Positions 15,001 through 30,000 of a stretch of DNA of 64,000 bases are shown piece by piece (within the stretch, counting starts at the first letter, position 1; every line of letters starts with the position of its first letter). The notes under the pieces were generated by a model that did not search any database, had not been told where the DNA came from, and saw nothing but the letters and a program-made list of their open reading frames with translations. Source of the stretch: Eledone cirrhosa. Its lineage: Eukaryota. Both the position numbers and the translations under genes were made by a program. The stretch lies in contig OZ024745.1 of the NCBI GenBank assembly GCA_964016885.1, positions 11,842,001-11,906,000 of the forward strand. The letters run 5' to 3'.

Positions 15001-18000
15001 GAGAAGAATTATATTACATTGAGGACGGTAGAGGAAGATAGAGAGAAGATTTATATTACATTGAGGACGGTAGAGGAAGATACAGTTAGGATTTATATTA
15101 CATTGAGGACGGTAGAGGAAGGTACAGAGAGGATTTATATTACATTGAGGACGGTAGAAGAAGATACAGAGAATATTTATATTACATTGAGGACGGTAGA
15201 GGAAGATACATTGAGGATTTATATTACATTGAGGACGGTAGAGGAAGATACAGAGAAGATTTATATTACATTGAGGATGGTAGAGGAAGATACAGAGAAG
15301 ATTTATATTACATAGAGGACGGTAGAGGAAGATATAGTGAGGATTTATGTTACATTGAGGACGGTAGAGGAAGATACAGAGAAGATTTATATTACATTGA
15401 GTACGGTAGAGGAAGATACAGAGAAGATTTATATTACATTGATGACGGTAGAGGAATGTACAAGAAGATTTATATTACATTAAGGAGGGTAGAGGAAGAT
15501 ATAGAGAGATTTATATTACATTGAGGACGGTAGAGGAAGGTACAGAGAGGATTTATATTACACTGAGGACGGTAGAGGAAGATACAGAGAAGATTTATAT
15601 TACATTGAGGGCGGTAGAGGAAGGTACAGAGAGGATTTATATTACATTGAGGGCGGTAGAGGAAGATACAGAGAGGATTTATATTACATTGATGACGGTA
15701 GAGGAAGGTACAGAGAAGATTTATATTACATTGAGGACGGTAGAGGAAGGTACAGAGAGGATTTATATTACATTGAGGGCGGTAGAGGAAGATACAGAGA
15801 GGATTTATATTACATTGAGGACGGTAGAGGAAGGTACAGAGAGGATTTATATTACATTGAGGACGGTAGAGGAAGATACAGAGAAGATTTATATTACATT
15901 GAGGACGGTAGAGGAAGGTACAGAGAGGATTTATATTACATTGAGGGCGGTAGAGGAAGATACAGAGAGGATTTATATTACATTGAGGACGGTAGAGGAA
16001 GGTACAGAGAGGATTTATATTACATTGAGGACGGTAGAGGAAGATACAGAGAAGATTTATATTACATTGAGGACGGTAGAGGAAGATACTGTGAGGATTT
16101 ATATTACATTGAGGGCGGTAGAGGAAGATACAGAGAGGATTTATATTACATTGATGACGGTAGAGGAAGGTACAGAGAAGATTTATATTACATTGAGGAC
16201 GGTAGAGGAAGGTACAGAGAGGATCTATATTACATTGAGGACGGTAGAGGAAGATACAGAGAAGATTTATATTACATTGAGGGCGGTAGAGGTAGGTACA
16301 GAGAAGATTTATATTACATTGAGGGCGGTAGAGGAAGGTACAGAGAGGATTTATATTACATTGAGGACGGTAGAGGAAGGTACAGAGAAGATTTATATTA
16401 CATTGACGACGATAGAGGAAGGTACAGAGAAGATTTATATTACATTGAGGACGGTAGAGGGGGTACAGAGAAGATTTATATTACATTGAGGACGGTAGAG
16501 GAAGGTACAGAGAGGATTTATATTACATTGAGGACGGTAGAGGAAGGTACAGAGCGATTTATATTACATTGAGGACGGTAGAGCAAGATACAGTGAGGAT
16601 TTATATTACATTGAGGACGGTAGAGGAAGATACAGAGAAGATTTATTTTACATTGATGACGGTAGAGGAAGGTACATAGAAGAATTATATTACATTGAGG
16701 ACGGTAGAGGAAGATAGAGAGAAGATTTATATTACATTGAGGACGGTAGAGGAAGATACAGTTAGGATTTATATTAAATTGAGGACGGTAGAGGAAGGTA
16801 CAGAGAGAATTTATATTACATTGAGGACGGTAGAGGAAGATACAGAGAATATATATATTACATAGAGGACGGTAGAGGAAGATACAGTGAGGATTTATGT
16901 TACATTGAGGACGGTAGAGGAAGGTACAGAGAAGATTTATATTACATTGAGCACGGTGGAGGAAGATACAGAGAAGATTTATATTACATTGAGGACGGTG
17001 GAGGAAGATACAGAGAAGATTTATATTACATAGAGGACGGTGGAGGAAGATACAGAGAAGATTTATATTACATTGAGGACGGTGGAGGAAGATACAGAGA
17101 AGATTTATATTACATAGAGGACGGTAGAGGAAGATACAGTGAGGATTTATGTTACATTGAGTACGGTAGAGGAAGATACAGAGAAGATTTATATTACATT
17201 GAGGGCGGTAGAGGAAGATACAGAGAAGATTTATATTACATTGAGGACGGTAGAGGAAGATACAGAGAAGATTTATATTACATTGAGTACGGTAGAGGAA
17301 GATACAGAGAAGATTTATATTACATTGATGACGGTAGAGGAATGTACAAGAAGATTTATATTACATTAAGGAGGGTAGAGGAAGATATAGAGAGATTTAT
17401 ATTATATTGAGAACGGTAGAGGAAGGTACAGAGAGGATTTATATTACATTGAGGACGGTAGAGGAAGATACAGAGAAGATTTATATTACATTGAGGGCGG
17501 TAGAGGAAGATACAGAGAGGATTTATATTACATTGAGGACGGTAGAGGAAGATACAGAGAAGATTTATATTACATTGAGGGCGGTAGAGGAAGATACAGA
17601 GAGGATTTATATTACATTGAGGACGGTAGTGGAAGATACAGAGAAGATTTATATTACATTAAGGACGGTAGAGGAAGGTACAGAAAAGATTTATATTACA
17701 TTGAGGGCGGTAGAGGAAGATACATTGAGGATTTATATTACATTGAGGACGGTAGAGGAAGATACAGTCAGGATTTATAATACATTGAGGACGGTAGAGG
17801 AAGATACAGTGAGGATTTATATTACATTGAGGACTTTAGAGGAAGATACAGAGAAGATTTATATTACATTGATGACGGTAGAAGAAGATATATAGAAGAT
17901 TTATATTACATTGAGGACGGTAGAGGAAGGTACAGAGAAGATTTATATTACATTGAGGAGGGTAGAGGAAGATACAGAGAAGATATATATTACATTGAGG

Positions 18001-21000
18001 AGGGTAGAGGAAGATACAGAGAAAATAATATTACATTGAGGACGGTAGAGGAAGATACTGTGAGGATTTATATTACATTGAGGGCGGTAGAGGAAGATAC
18101 AGAGAGGATTTATATTACATTGATGACGGTAGAGGAAGGTACAGAGAAGATTTATATTACATTGAGGACGGTAGAGGAAGGTACAGAGAGGATTTATATT
18201 ACATTGAGGACGGTAGAGGAAGATACAGAGAAGATTTATATTACATTTTTGGACGGTAGAGGTAGGTACAGAGAAGATTTATATTACATTGAGGGCGGTA
18301 GAGGAAGGTACAGAGAGGATTTATATTACATTGAGGACGGTAGAGGAAGGTACAGAGAAGATTTATATTACATTGACGACGGTAGAGGAAGGTACAGAGA
18401 AGATTTACATTACATTGAGGACGGTAGAGGAAGGTACAGAGAAGATTTATATTACATTGAGCACGGTAGAGGAAGGTACAGAGAGGATTTATATTACATT
18501 GAGGACGGTAGAGGAAGGTACAGAGAGGATTTATATTACATTGAGGACGGTAGAGGAAGATACAGAGAAGATTTATATTACATTGAGGATGGTGGAGGAA
18601 GATACAGAGAGGAATTATATTACATTGAGGACGGTAGAGGAAGATACAGAGAAGATTTATATTACATTGAGGAGGGTAGAGGAAGATACATTGAGGATTT
18701 ATATTACATTGAGGACGGTAGAGGAAGATACAGAGAAGATTTATATTACATTGAGGACGGTAGAGGAAGATACAGTGAGGATTTATATTACATTGAGGAC
18801 GGTAGAGGAAGGTACAGAGAGGATTTATATTACATTGAGGACGGTAGAGGAAGGTACAGAGAAGATTTATATTACATTGAGGACGGTAGAGGAAGATATA
18901 GTTGAGATTTATATTACATTGAGGACGGTAGAGGAAGATACAGAGAGGATTTATATTACATTGAGGGCGGTAGAGGAAGATACAGAGAAGATTTATATTA
19001 CATTGAGGACGGTAGAGGAAGATACAGAGAAGATTTATTTTACATTGATGACGGTAGAGGAAGGTACAGAGAAGAATTATATTACATTGAGGACGGTAGA
19101 GGAAGATAGAGAGAAGATTTATATTACATTGAGGACGGTAGAGGAAGATACAGTTAGGATTTATATTACATTGAGGACGGTAGAGGAAGGTACAGAGAGG
19201 ATTTATATTACATTGAGGACGGTAGAGGAAGATACAGAGAATATTTATATTACATTGAGGACGGTAGAGGAAGATACATTGAGGATTTATATTACATTGA
19301 GGACGGTAGAGGAAGATACAGAGAAGATTTATATTACATTGAGGATGGTAGAGGAAGATACAGAGAAGATTTATATTACATAGAGGACGGTAGAGGAAGA
19401 TATAGTGAGGTTTTATGTTACATTGAGGACGGTAGAGGAAGATACAGAGAAGATTTATATTACATTGAGTACGGTAGAGGAAGATACAGAGAAGATTTAT
19501 ATTACATTGATGACGGTAGAGGAATGTACAAGAAGATTTATATTACATTAAGGAGGGTAGAGGAAGATATAGAGAGATTTATATTACATTGAGGACGGTA
19601 GAGGAAGGTACAGAGAGGATTTATATTACATTGAGGACGGTAGAGGAAGATACAGAGAAGATTTATATTACATTGAGGGCGGTAGAGGAAGATACAGAGA
19701 GGATTTATATTACATTGAGGACGGTAGAGGAAGGTACAGAGAGGATTTATATTACATTGAGGACGGTAGAGGAAGATACAGAGAAGATTTATATTACATT
19801 GAGGACGGTAGAGGAAGGTACAGAGAGGATCTATAATACATTGAGGACGGTAGAGGAAGATACAGAGAAGATTTATATTACATTGAGGGCGGTAGAGGTA
19901 GGTACAGAGAAGATTTATATTATTTGAGGGCGGTAGAGGAAGGTACAGAGAGGATTTATATTACATTGAGGACGGTAGAGGAAGGTACAGAGAAGATTTA
20001 TATTACATTGACGACGATAGAGGAAGGTACAGAGAAGATTTATATTACATTGAGGACGGTAGAGGGGGTACAGAGAAGATTTATATTACATTGAGGACGG
20101 TAGAGGAAGGTACAGAGAGGATTTATATTACATTGAGGACGGTAGAGGAAGGTACAGAGCGATTTATATTACATTGAGGACGGTAGAGCAAGATACAGTG
20201 AGGATTTATATTACATTGAGGACGCTAGAGGAAGATACAGAGAAGATTTATTTTACATTGATGACGGTAGAGGAAGGTACAGAGAAGAATTATATTACAT
20301 TGAGGACGGTAGAGGAAGATAGAGAGAAGATTTATATTACATTGAGGACGGTAGAGGAAGATACAGTTAGGATTTATATTAAATTGAGGACGGTAGAGGA
20401 AGGTACAGAGAGAATTTATATTACATTGAGGACGGTAGAGGAAGATACAGAGAATATATATATTACATAGAGGACGGTAGAGGAAGATACAGTGAGGATT
20501 TATGTTACATTGAGGACGGTAGAGGAAGATACAGAGAAGATTTATATTACATTGAGGACGGTAGAGGAAGATACAGAGAAGATTTATATTACATTGAGGA
20601 TGGTAGAGGAAGATACAGAGAAGATTTAAATTACATAGAGGACGGTAGAGGAAGATACAGTGAGGATTTATGTTACATTGAGGACGGTAGAGGAAGATAC
20701 AGAGAAGATTTATATTACATTGAGTACGGTAGAGGAAGATACAGAGAAGATTTATATTACATTGATGACGGTAGAGAAATGTACAAGAAGATTTATATTA
20801 CATTAAGGAGGGTAGAGGAAGATATAGAGAGATTTATATTACATTGAGGACGGTAGAGGAAGGTACAGAGAGGATTTATATTACATTGAGGACGGTAGAG
20901 GAAGATACAGAGAAGATTTATATTACATTGAGGGCGGTAGAGGAAGATACAGAGAGGATTTATATTACATTGAGGACGGTAGAGGAAGATACAGAGAAGA

Positions 21001-24000
21001 TTTATATTACATTGAGGGCGGTAGAGGAAGATACAGAGAGGATTTATATTACATTGAGGACGGTAGTGGAAGATACAGAGAAGATTTATATTACATTAAG
21101 GACGGTAGAGGAAGGTACAGAAAAGATTTATATTACATTGAGGGCGGTAGAGGAAGATACATTGAGGATTTATATTACATTGAGGACGGTAGAGGAAGAT
21201 ACAGTCAGGATTTATAATACATTGAGGACGGTAGAGGAAGATACAGTGAGGATTTATATTACATTGAGGACTTTAGAGGAAGATACAGAGAAGATTTATA
21301 TTACATTGATGACGGTAGAAGAAGATATATAGAAGATTTATATTACATTGAGGACGGTAGAGGAAGGTACAGAGAAGATTTATATTACATTGAGGAGGGT
21401 AGAGGAAGATACAGAGAAGATATATATTACATTGAGGAGGGTAGAGGAAGATACAGAGAAGATTTATATTACATTGAGGACGGTAGAGGAAGATACTGTG
21501 AGGATTTATATTACATTGAGGGCGGTAGAGGAAGATACAGAGAGGATTTATATTACATTGATGACGGTAGAGGAAGGTACAGAGAAGATTTATATTACAT
21601 TGAGGACGGTAGAGGAAGGTACAGAGAGGATTTATATTACATTGAGGACGGTAGAGGAAGATACAGAGAAGATTTATATTACATTTTTGGACGGTAGAGG
21701 TAGGTACAGAGAAGATTTATATTACATTGAGGGCGGTAGAGGAAGGTACAGAGAGGATTTATATTACATTGAGGACGGTAGAGGAAGGTACAGAGAAGAT
21801 TTATATTACATTGACGACGGTAGAGGAAGGTACAGAGAAGATTTACATTACATTGAGGACGGTAGAGGAAGGTACAGAGAAGATTTATATTACATTGAGC
21901 ACGGTAGAGGAAGGTACAGAGAGGATTTATATTACATTGAGGACGGTAGAGGAAGGTACAGAGAGGATTTATATTACATTGAGGACGGTAGAGGAAGATA
22001 CAGAGAAGATTTATATTACATTGAGGATGGTGGAGGAAGATACAGAGAGGAATTATATTACATTGAGGACGGTAGAGGAAGATACAGAGAAGATTTATAT
22101 TACATTGAGGAGGGTAGAGGAAGATACATTGAGGATTTATATTACATTGAGGACGGTAGAGGAAGATACAGAGAAGATTTATATTACATTGAGGACGGTA
22201 GAGGAAGATACAGAGAAGATTTATATTACATTGAGGACGGTAGAGGAAGATACAGAGAAGATTTATATTACATTGAGGACGGTAGAGGAAGATACAGTGA
22301 GGATTTATATCACATTGAGGACGGTAGAGGAAGATACAGAGAAGATTTATATTACATTGAGTACGGTTGTGGAAGATACAGAGAAGATTTATATTACATT
22401 GATGACGGTAGAGGAAGGTACAAGAAGATTTATATTACATTGAGGAGGGTAGAGGAAGATATAGAGAAGATTTATATTACATTGAGGACTGTAGAGGAAT
22501 GTACAGAGAAGATTTATATTACATTGAGGGCGGTAGAGGAAGATACAGAGAGGATTTATATTACATTGTGGACGGTAGAGGAAGATACAGTGAGGATTGG
22601 TATTACATTGAGGACGGTAGAGGAAGATACAGTGAGGATTTATATTACATTGAGGACGGTAGAGGAAGGTACAGTGAGGATTTATATTACATTGAGGACG
22701 GTAGTGGAAGATACAGAGAGGATCTATATTACATTGAGGACGGTAGAGGAAGATACAGTGAGGATTTATATTACATTGAGGACGGTAGAGGAAGGTACAG
22801 TGAGCATTTATATTACATTGAGGACGGTAGAGGAAGATACAGAGAAGATTTATATTACTTTGAGGACGGTAGAAGAATGTACAGAGAAGATTTATATTAC
22901 ATTGAGGACGGTAGAGGAAGATACAGAGAAGATTTATATTACATTGAGGATGGTAGAAGAATGTACAGAGAAGATTTATATTACATTGAGGACGGTAGAG
23001 GAAGATACAGAGAGGATTTATATTACATTGAGGACGGTAGTGGAAGATACAGAGAGGATTTATATTATATTGAGGACGGTAGAGGAAGATACAGAGAATA
23101 TTTATATTACATTGAGGACGGTAGAGGAAGATACAGAGAGGATTTATATTACATTGAAGACGGTAGAGGAAGATACAGAGAAGATTTATATTACATTGAG
23201 GACGGTAGAGGAAGATACAGAGAGGATTTATATTACATTGAGGACGGTAGAGGAAGATTCAGAGAAGATTTATATTACATTGAGGACGGTAGAGGAAGAT
23301 ACAGTGAGGATTTATATTACATTGAGGACGGTAGAGGAAGGTACAGTGAGGATTTATATTACATTGAGGACGGTAGAGGAAGGTACAGAGAAGATTTATA
23401 TTACATTGAGGACGGTAGAGGAAGATACAGAGAAGATTTATATTACATTGAGGACGGTAGAGGAAGATATAGAGAAGATTTATTTTACATTGAGGACGGT
23501 AGAGGAAGATACAGAGAAGATTTATATTACATTGATGACGGTAGAGGAAGATACAGAGAGGATTTATATTACATTGAGGACGGTAGAGGAAGATACAGAG
23601 AAGATTTATATTACATTGAGGACGGTAGAGGAAGATACAGAGAAGATTTATTTTACATTGAGGACGGTAGAGGAAGGTACAGAGAAGATTTATATTACAT
23701 TGAGGACGGTAGAGGAAGGTACAGAGAAGATTTATATTACATTGAGGAGGATAGAGGAAGATACAGTGAGGATTTATATTACATTGAGGGCGGTAGAGGA
23801 AGATACAGAGAATATTTATATTACATTGAGGACGGTAGAGGAAGATACAGAGAGGATTTATATTACATTGAAGACGGTAGAGGAAGATACAGAGAAGATT
23901 TATATTACATTGAGGACGGTAGAGGAAGATACAGAGAGGATTTATATTACATTGAGGACGGTAGAGGAAGATACAGAGAAGATTTATATTACATTGAGGA

Positions 24001-26541
24001 CGGTAGAGGAAGATACAGAGAGGATTTATATTACATTGAGGACGGTAGAGGAAGGTACAGTGAGGATTTATATTACATTGAGGACGGTAGAGGAAGGTAC
24101 AGAGAAGATTTATATTACATTGAGGACGGTAGAGGAAGATACAGAGAAGATTTATATTACATTGAGGACGGTAGAGGAAGATATAGAGAAGATTTATTTT
24201 ACATTGAGGACGGTAGAGGAAGATACAGAGAAGATTTATATTACATTGATGACGGTAGAGGAAGATACAGAGAGGATTTATATTACATTGAGGACGGTAG
24301 AGGAAGATACAGAGAAGATTTATATTACATTGAGGACGGTAGAGGAAGATACAGAGAAGATTTATTTTACATTGAGGACGGTAGAGGAAGGTACAGAGAA
24401 GATTTATATTACATTGAGGACGGTAGAGGAAGGTACAGAGAAGATTTATATTACATTGAGGAGGATAGAGGAAGATACAGTGAGGATTTATATTACATTG
24501 AGGGCGGTAGAGGAAGATACAGAGAATATTTATATTACATTGAGGACGGTAGAGGAAGATACAGAGAGGATTTATATTACATTGAAGACGGTAGAGGAAG
24601 ATACAGAGAAGATTTATATTACATTGAGGACGGTAGAGGAAGATACAGAGAAGATTTATATTACATAGAGGACGGTAGAGGAAGATACAGAGAAGATTTA
24701 TATTACATTGAGGACGGTAGAGGAAGATACAGAGAAGATTTATATTACATTGAGTACGGTAGAGGAAGATACAGAGAAGATTTATATTACATTGAGGACG
24801 GTAGAGGAATGTACAGAGAAGATTTATATTACATTGAGGGCGGTAGAGGAAGGTACAGAGAAGATTTATATTACATTGAGGAGGGTAGAGGAAGATACAG
24901 AGAAGATTTATATTACATTGAGGACGGTAGAGGAAGATACAGAGAGGATTTATATTACATTGAGGACGGTAGAGGAAGATACATTGAGGATTTATATTAC
25001 ATTGAGGACGGTAGAGGAAGATATAGAGAAGATTTATATTACATTGAGGACGGTAGAGGAAGATACATTGAGGATTTATATTACATTGAGGACGGTAGAG
25101 GAAGATACAGAGAAGATTTATATTACATTGAGGACGGTAGAGGAAGATACAGAGAGGATTTATATTACATTGAGGACGGTAGAGGAAGATATAGAGAAGA
25201 TTTATATTACATTGAGTACGGTAGAGGAAGATACAGTGAAGATTTATATTACATTGATGACGTTAGAGGAAGGTACAAGAAGATTTATATTACATTGAGG
25301 AGGGTAGAGGAAGGTACAGAGAAGATTTATATTACATTGAGGACGGTAGAGGAAGATACAGAGAAGATTTATATTACATTGAGGACGTTAGAGGAAGGTA
25401 CAGAGAAGATTTATATTACATTGAGGACGGTAGAGGAAGATACAGAGAAGATTTATATTACATTGAGGACGGTAGAGGAAGATACACAGAGGATTTATAT
25501 TACATTGAGGACGGTAGTGGAAGATACAGAGAAGATTTATATTACATTGAGGACGGTAGAGGAAGATACAGTCAGGATTTATATTACATTAAGGACGGTA
25601 GAGGAAGATACAGTGAGGATTTATATTACATTGAGGACGGTAGAGGAAGATACAGAGAAGATTTATATTACATTGAGGACGGTAGAGGAAGGTACAGAGA
25701 AGATTTATATTACATTGAGGAGGGTAGAGGAAGATACAGAGAAGATTTATATTACATTGAGGACGGTAGAGGAAGATACAGAGAGGATTTATATTACATT
25801 GATGACGGTAGAGGAAGATACATTGAGGATTTATATTATATTGAGGACGGTAGAGGAAGATACAGAGAAGATTTATATTACATTGAGGGCGGTAGAGGAA
25901 GATACAGAGAAGATTTATATTACATTGAGGGCGGTAGAGGAAGATACAGAGAAGATTTATATTACATTGAGGGCGGTAGAGGAAGATACAGAGAGGATTT
26001 ATATTACATTGAGGACGGTAGAGGAAGATACAGAGAAGATTTATATTACATTGAGGACGGTAGAGGAAGGTACAGAGAAGATTTATATTACATTGAGGAC
26101 GGTAGAGGAAGATACAGAGAAGATTTATATTACATTGAGGGCGGTAGAGGAAGATACAGAGAGGATTTATATTACATTGAGGACGGTAGAGGAAGATACA
26201 GAGAAGATTTATATTACATTGAGGACGGTAGAGGAAGATACAGTGAGGATTTATATTACCTTGAGGACGGTAGAGGAATATACAGTGAGGATTTATATTA
26301 CATTGAGGACGGTAGAGGAAGATACAGAGAAGATTTATATTACATTGAGGACGGTGGAGGAAGATACAGTGAGGATTTATATTACATTGAGGACGGTAGA
26401 GGAAGATACAGAGAGGATTTATATTACATTGAGGACGGTAGAGGAAGATACAGAGAAGATTTATATTACATTGAGGACGGTAGAGGAAGGTACAGAGAAG
26501 ATTTATATTACATTGAGGACGGTAGAGGAAGATTTATATCA
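1..26541. repeat. 42-bp tandem satellite, consensus AGGACGGTAGAGGAAGATACAGAGAAGATTTATATTACATTG, about 630 copies, continues beyond the left window edge
   Basis: Unit read directly; 14-aa periodicity in the ORF track; array ends with a GAAGAT-to-GAAGAT collapse (gaggaagatttatatcac) near 26525-26541. Confidence 0.98.
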
Positions 26542-26847
26542 CTAAACTTGTCAGAAAGGAAAATAAGGAGAACAGAAACAAAATGAATTATAATAAAAAT
26601 GAAAACAAAAAAAAAACATTTCTCAATAAGGAGGAGGCTTGGCGAGTGGGGTGGGTGGGGAATAAACCACGAACATGATGACCACTAAGACTAATGTCTT
26701 CTCCCAATTGTCCTCCTCCTGTCTACATGTATATACTCAAAGTAGAACCATTCACCCAGACAATGCTTGTTACTCTTATCCATCTTGCAACAAATTTGTT
26801 GATAAACAACACAATCTTTCCACCCTCTACATCCTTTTCAGGTAATA

Positions 26848-27056
26848 TCTGTTTCTACATTTGCCACAAGGCCAGCAATGTGATGGGAAGAGGAACATCG
26901 ATTAAATCGACCCCAGTGCGTTACTGGTACTTTATTTTATCAACCCCGTAAGGATGAAAGGAAAAGCTAACCTTGACGGGATTTGAACTCAGAACGTAAA
27001 GACCTGAGCAAATACTGGTAAGCATGTTGTCCGACGCTCTAGCAACTCTACCTATC
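26848..27056 (-). mobile_element. tRNA-derived SINE with Nin/Deu-like central domain, interrupted in its head by the RTE LINE
   Basis: Matches the window's SINE family (tail tgtttctac..cacaaggccagc, domain ctggtactttatttt..ccccgtaaggatgaaagg, B-box complement gatttgaactc). A 19-bp TSD acatccttttca[g/a]gtaata at 26829-26847 and 30389-30407 encloses SINE plus LINE. Confidence 0.85.
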
Positions 27057-30000
27057 TATCTATCTATCTAAGGCGGGTAAAATTCCCGAGATCCATGGAC
27101 GAGTTCTCTCCAGCGGTCTCTGTCCCTCATTATCGCTGCCATATCCTGCATCTCCAACAGACCAGTGTCTGTCCTTAGGGCATCAACATATGTTAACCTT
27201 GGTCTTCCTCTTCTAGTGTGTCCATGTAGGGGCTCCCAAAGGAGCACTGAGTGCAATGTCAACTCTGGATGTCGGTGAGCATGTCCAGCCAACCTCAGTC
27301 TCCTCTGTGTCACTTTTGAGCTGACTTTTGGGATGCTCCCATACAGCTCTGAGTTTTTCATCCTCAGTGTATACTGATTAATGTTCAGAGCCATCCTCAG
27401 CATTCTCGTGTAGCACCCATCCACCATCTGAGTGAGTCTCTTGGTCAGTGTCCAAGTCTCAGACCCATACAGCAGCACAGACTCCACTACAGCAATGAAG
27501 AGGCGGATTTTCAGGTTTCTACGAAGGTCCGACTTCCACACCGATCTCAAGCTGTGACACGCCGCCCAGGCCTTGCTCTTCCTCCCAACCACATCATCTT
27601 CCGTATTCCCAATCTTTGCTCCCAAATACAGGAAGTCCTCAACCAATTCCAGCGGCTTCCCGCCTACATTAGTGATCCCCTCTGGCTTCTCAACATTCTC
27701 CACCAGATATTTTGTTTTAGTCTCATTCATTCTCAGCCCCACACTCATCGACACAGTCTCAACCTCCCGCATCAAATCCTCTGCCTCCTTCACTGTATTT
27801 GTCACCAAAACTATGTCGTCGGCAAATTCAGCATCCGATACCTTTTTCGCCCCAACTCTCCTGCTCTGAGCCGGTGCTACAGTAAAGCCAGTGTCCTGGT
27901 ATTTCTCCAGTGCAAGGCGCATACAATAGTCCACTACGATGATAAAAAGGTAGGGAGCCAATGTATCTCCCTGGAGCACTCCAGCCAGTATCTCAAAGAA
28001 CTCTGTCATCCCATCAGGTGTAATGACTTGGGCTTTGGTGTTGGTGTAGAGCAGTGATATCAGGTCCACTATCCTCTTGGGGATTCCATAAGCCTGTAAG
28101 ATCTTCATCAGGCAGTAACGGTCCACAGAATCAAAGGCCTTCCTAAAGTCAATGAAAACCATGACCGCAGGAAGGCACTTTGCTCTAGCTCCCTCTAATA
28201 TCCTCCTCAGCATCAGGATGTGACTGGTGGTTGATCTACCCTCTCTGAAGCCGTTCTGGTTGTCCCTGAGCTTCTTCTCCATCTCAGGCTGGATCCTGTT
28301 AAGAATCATCCTGTTGAGGGTCTTTGCCACAAGTGACGTCAGTGAGATCCCCCGGTAGTTGTTGGTGTTAGAGAGATCTCCCTTCTTTAGCACTGGGACG
28401 ATGTTACTGATCCTCCACTGATTCGGGGCAACTCCTTTCTCCAGTGCCCCGTTACAGAACCCCAGGATGATATCATCAAAATCACACCTCTTCATCACCT
28501 CTGATGCCACTCCCTCCTCTCCATGAGCCTTGCCCTCCTTGATCTTCTTCTTGGCTCTCTGAAGCTCCTCTCTGGTGAAGAGCTCTGTCTCAACATCCAG
28601 TTCCTCAAACAGCCGCCTGATCTCCCCACTGCTCTGGGCTGTGGAGGGTGGCTCTCCTAGTAGGGTCCTAAAATGGTCTAGCCATTTCCTCTTCCTATCC
28701 TCGGGCCCCGTTCCCTGGATCTGACTCGAACACCTTTTCTTCCTCCCTGTGATCTCGATGATAATCATCCAGCTCTCCTTACATCCAGATCTGTCAACCG
28801 CTCTCTCCACACTTCTGATCTTCTCTATCAGTGCCTCCTCTCTGACCTCAGTGTAAGCGGTACAGAGCTCTTCCCTCATCACCTCCACAGTCTCCATCCT
28901 CTCCTCCGTAGGATCAGCATAGAATTGGTCCCTGGCAGCTTTCAGGTGTTCTCTGGCTGCACACACTTTTGTGTTTGCAGAGCTGACGTGCTTCCCTTTG
29001 TTCTTTTTCCTCGGCACCAGGGTTTCACTTGCTTTCGCCACTGCATTGGTGAAGTGCCCGTACCTCCTCGTCACACTCTCCTCAGTCCATCCAATCTCTC
29101 TCTCCTCTGACTCTCCACACAGAGCACTAAACCTGAATCTCACTTCCACTGTGAACCTCTCCTGTAGCTTATCATCTTCCTTGAAAGCTCCCCAGTCATA
29201 GATTGTTCTCCGGGGCTGAGCCTTGCTCTTTCTTAAGCTCACGCGGACCTCACTCATAACAAGCCGGTGGTCACTACCCAGTGTACTGAAATAGCTGTAT
29301 GGTTCCGTGTTCAGAACACTATTCCGCCACTTTTTCCTCACCAGAATGAAATCAATCTGGGACTTGGACAGGTGCATATCTGAGATGTAGGTCCACATCT
29401 TCCCCAGATTCTTCCTAAACCTTAGGTTGGTTGCCATCAAGTTCGCCTCCAGCAGGGTGTCTCTCAGTAGTCTTCCATTTCGGTTGGTGTTGTTATGGAA
29501 GTACCAGCAAGGATCTTCACTGCCCTCCTTACTCAGATGTGCATTGAAGTCCCCCAAAACAAGCAGGATATTGTGTGCCTGAGTGGTGTTGACAGCCCCA
29601 CACACCTCCTCATGGAACTCCTCGGCATTCACATCACTGTCCCCCTCGGTTGGACTATAGGCTGAGATGACTGTCAGTCTTGGGTTTCCATTGAAGGTCA
29701 CCCTCAACACTCGCGGAGAGATAGGCATTATTTCCCTCACCAACAGATTGGTTTTTGCACTGAACACAAAACCCACTCCTCCTACTGCAGCATTTGTTGT
29801 GTTCTTCACTGCCGATGTAGTGATGAGCTGGCTCTTCCTCCCGATCATCACACTCCTCACGGGCTCATCGTGTAGAATCCTGTGTTCTTGGATCGCAAGT
29901 ATCTGTATACCACTCTCCTCGAACAGATGTCCCAACTCCTCTCTCTTCTCCAGCGTTCGAATAGTCCTCACATTCAAAGTGCCCATTTTGATGGCTCTTC

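Noticed and set aside
167-26545. Dozens of long ORFs (up to 1348 aa) as protein-coding genes
   Set aside because: They are translations of a 42-bp satellite; frames switch at random 1-bp deletions and most starts are not ATG.
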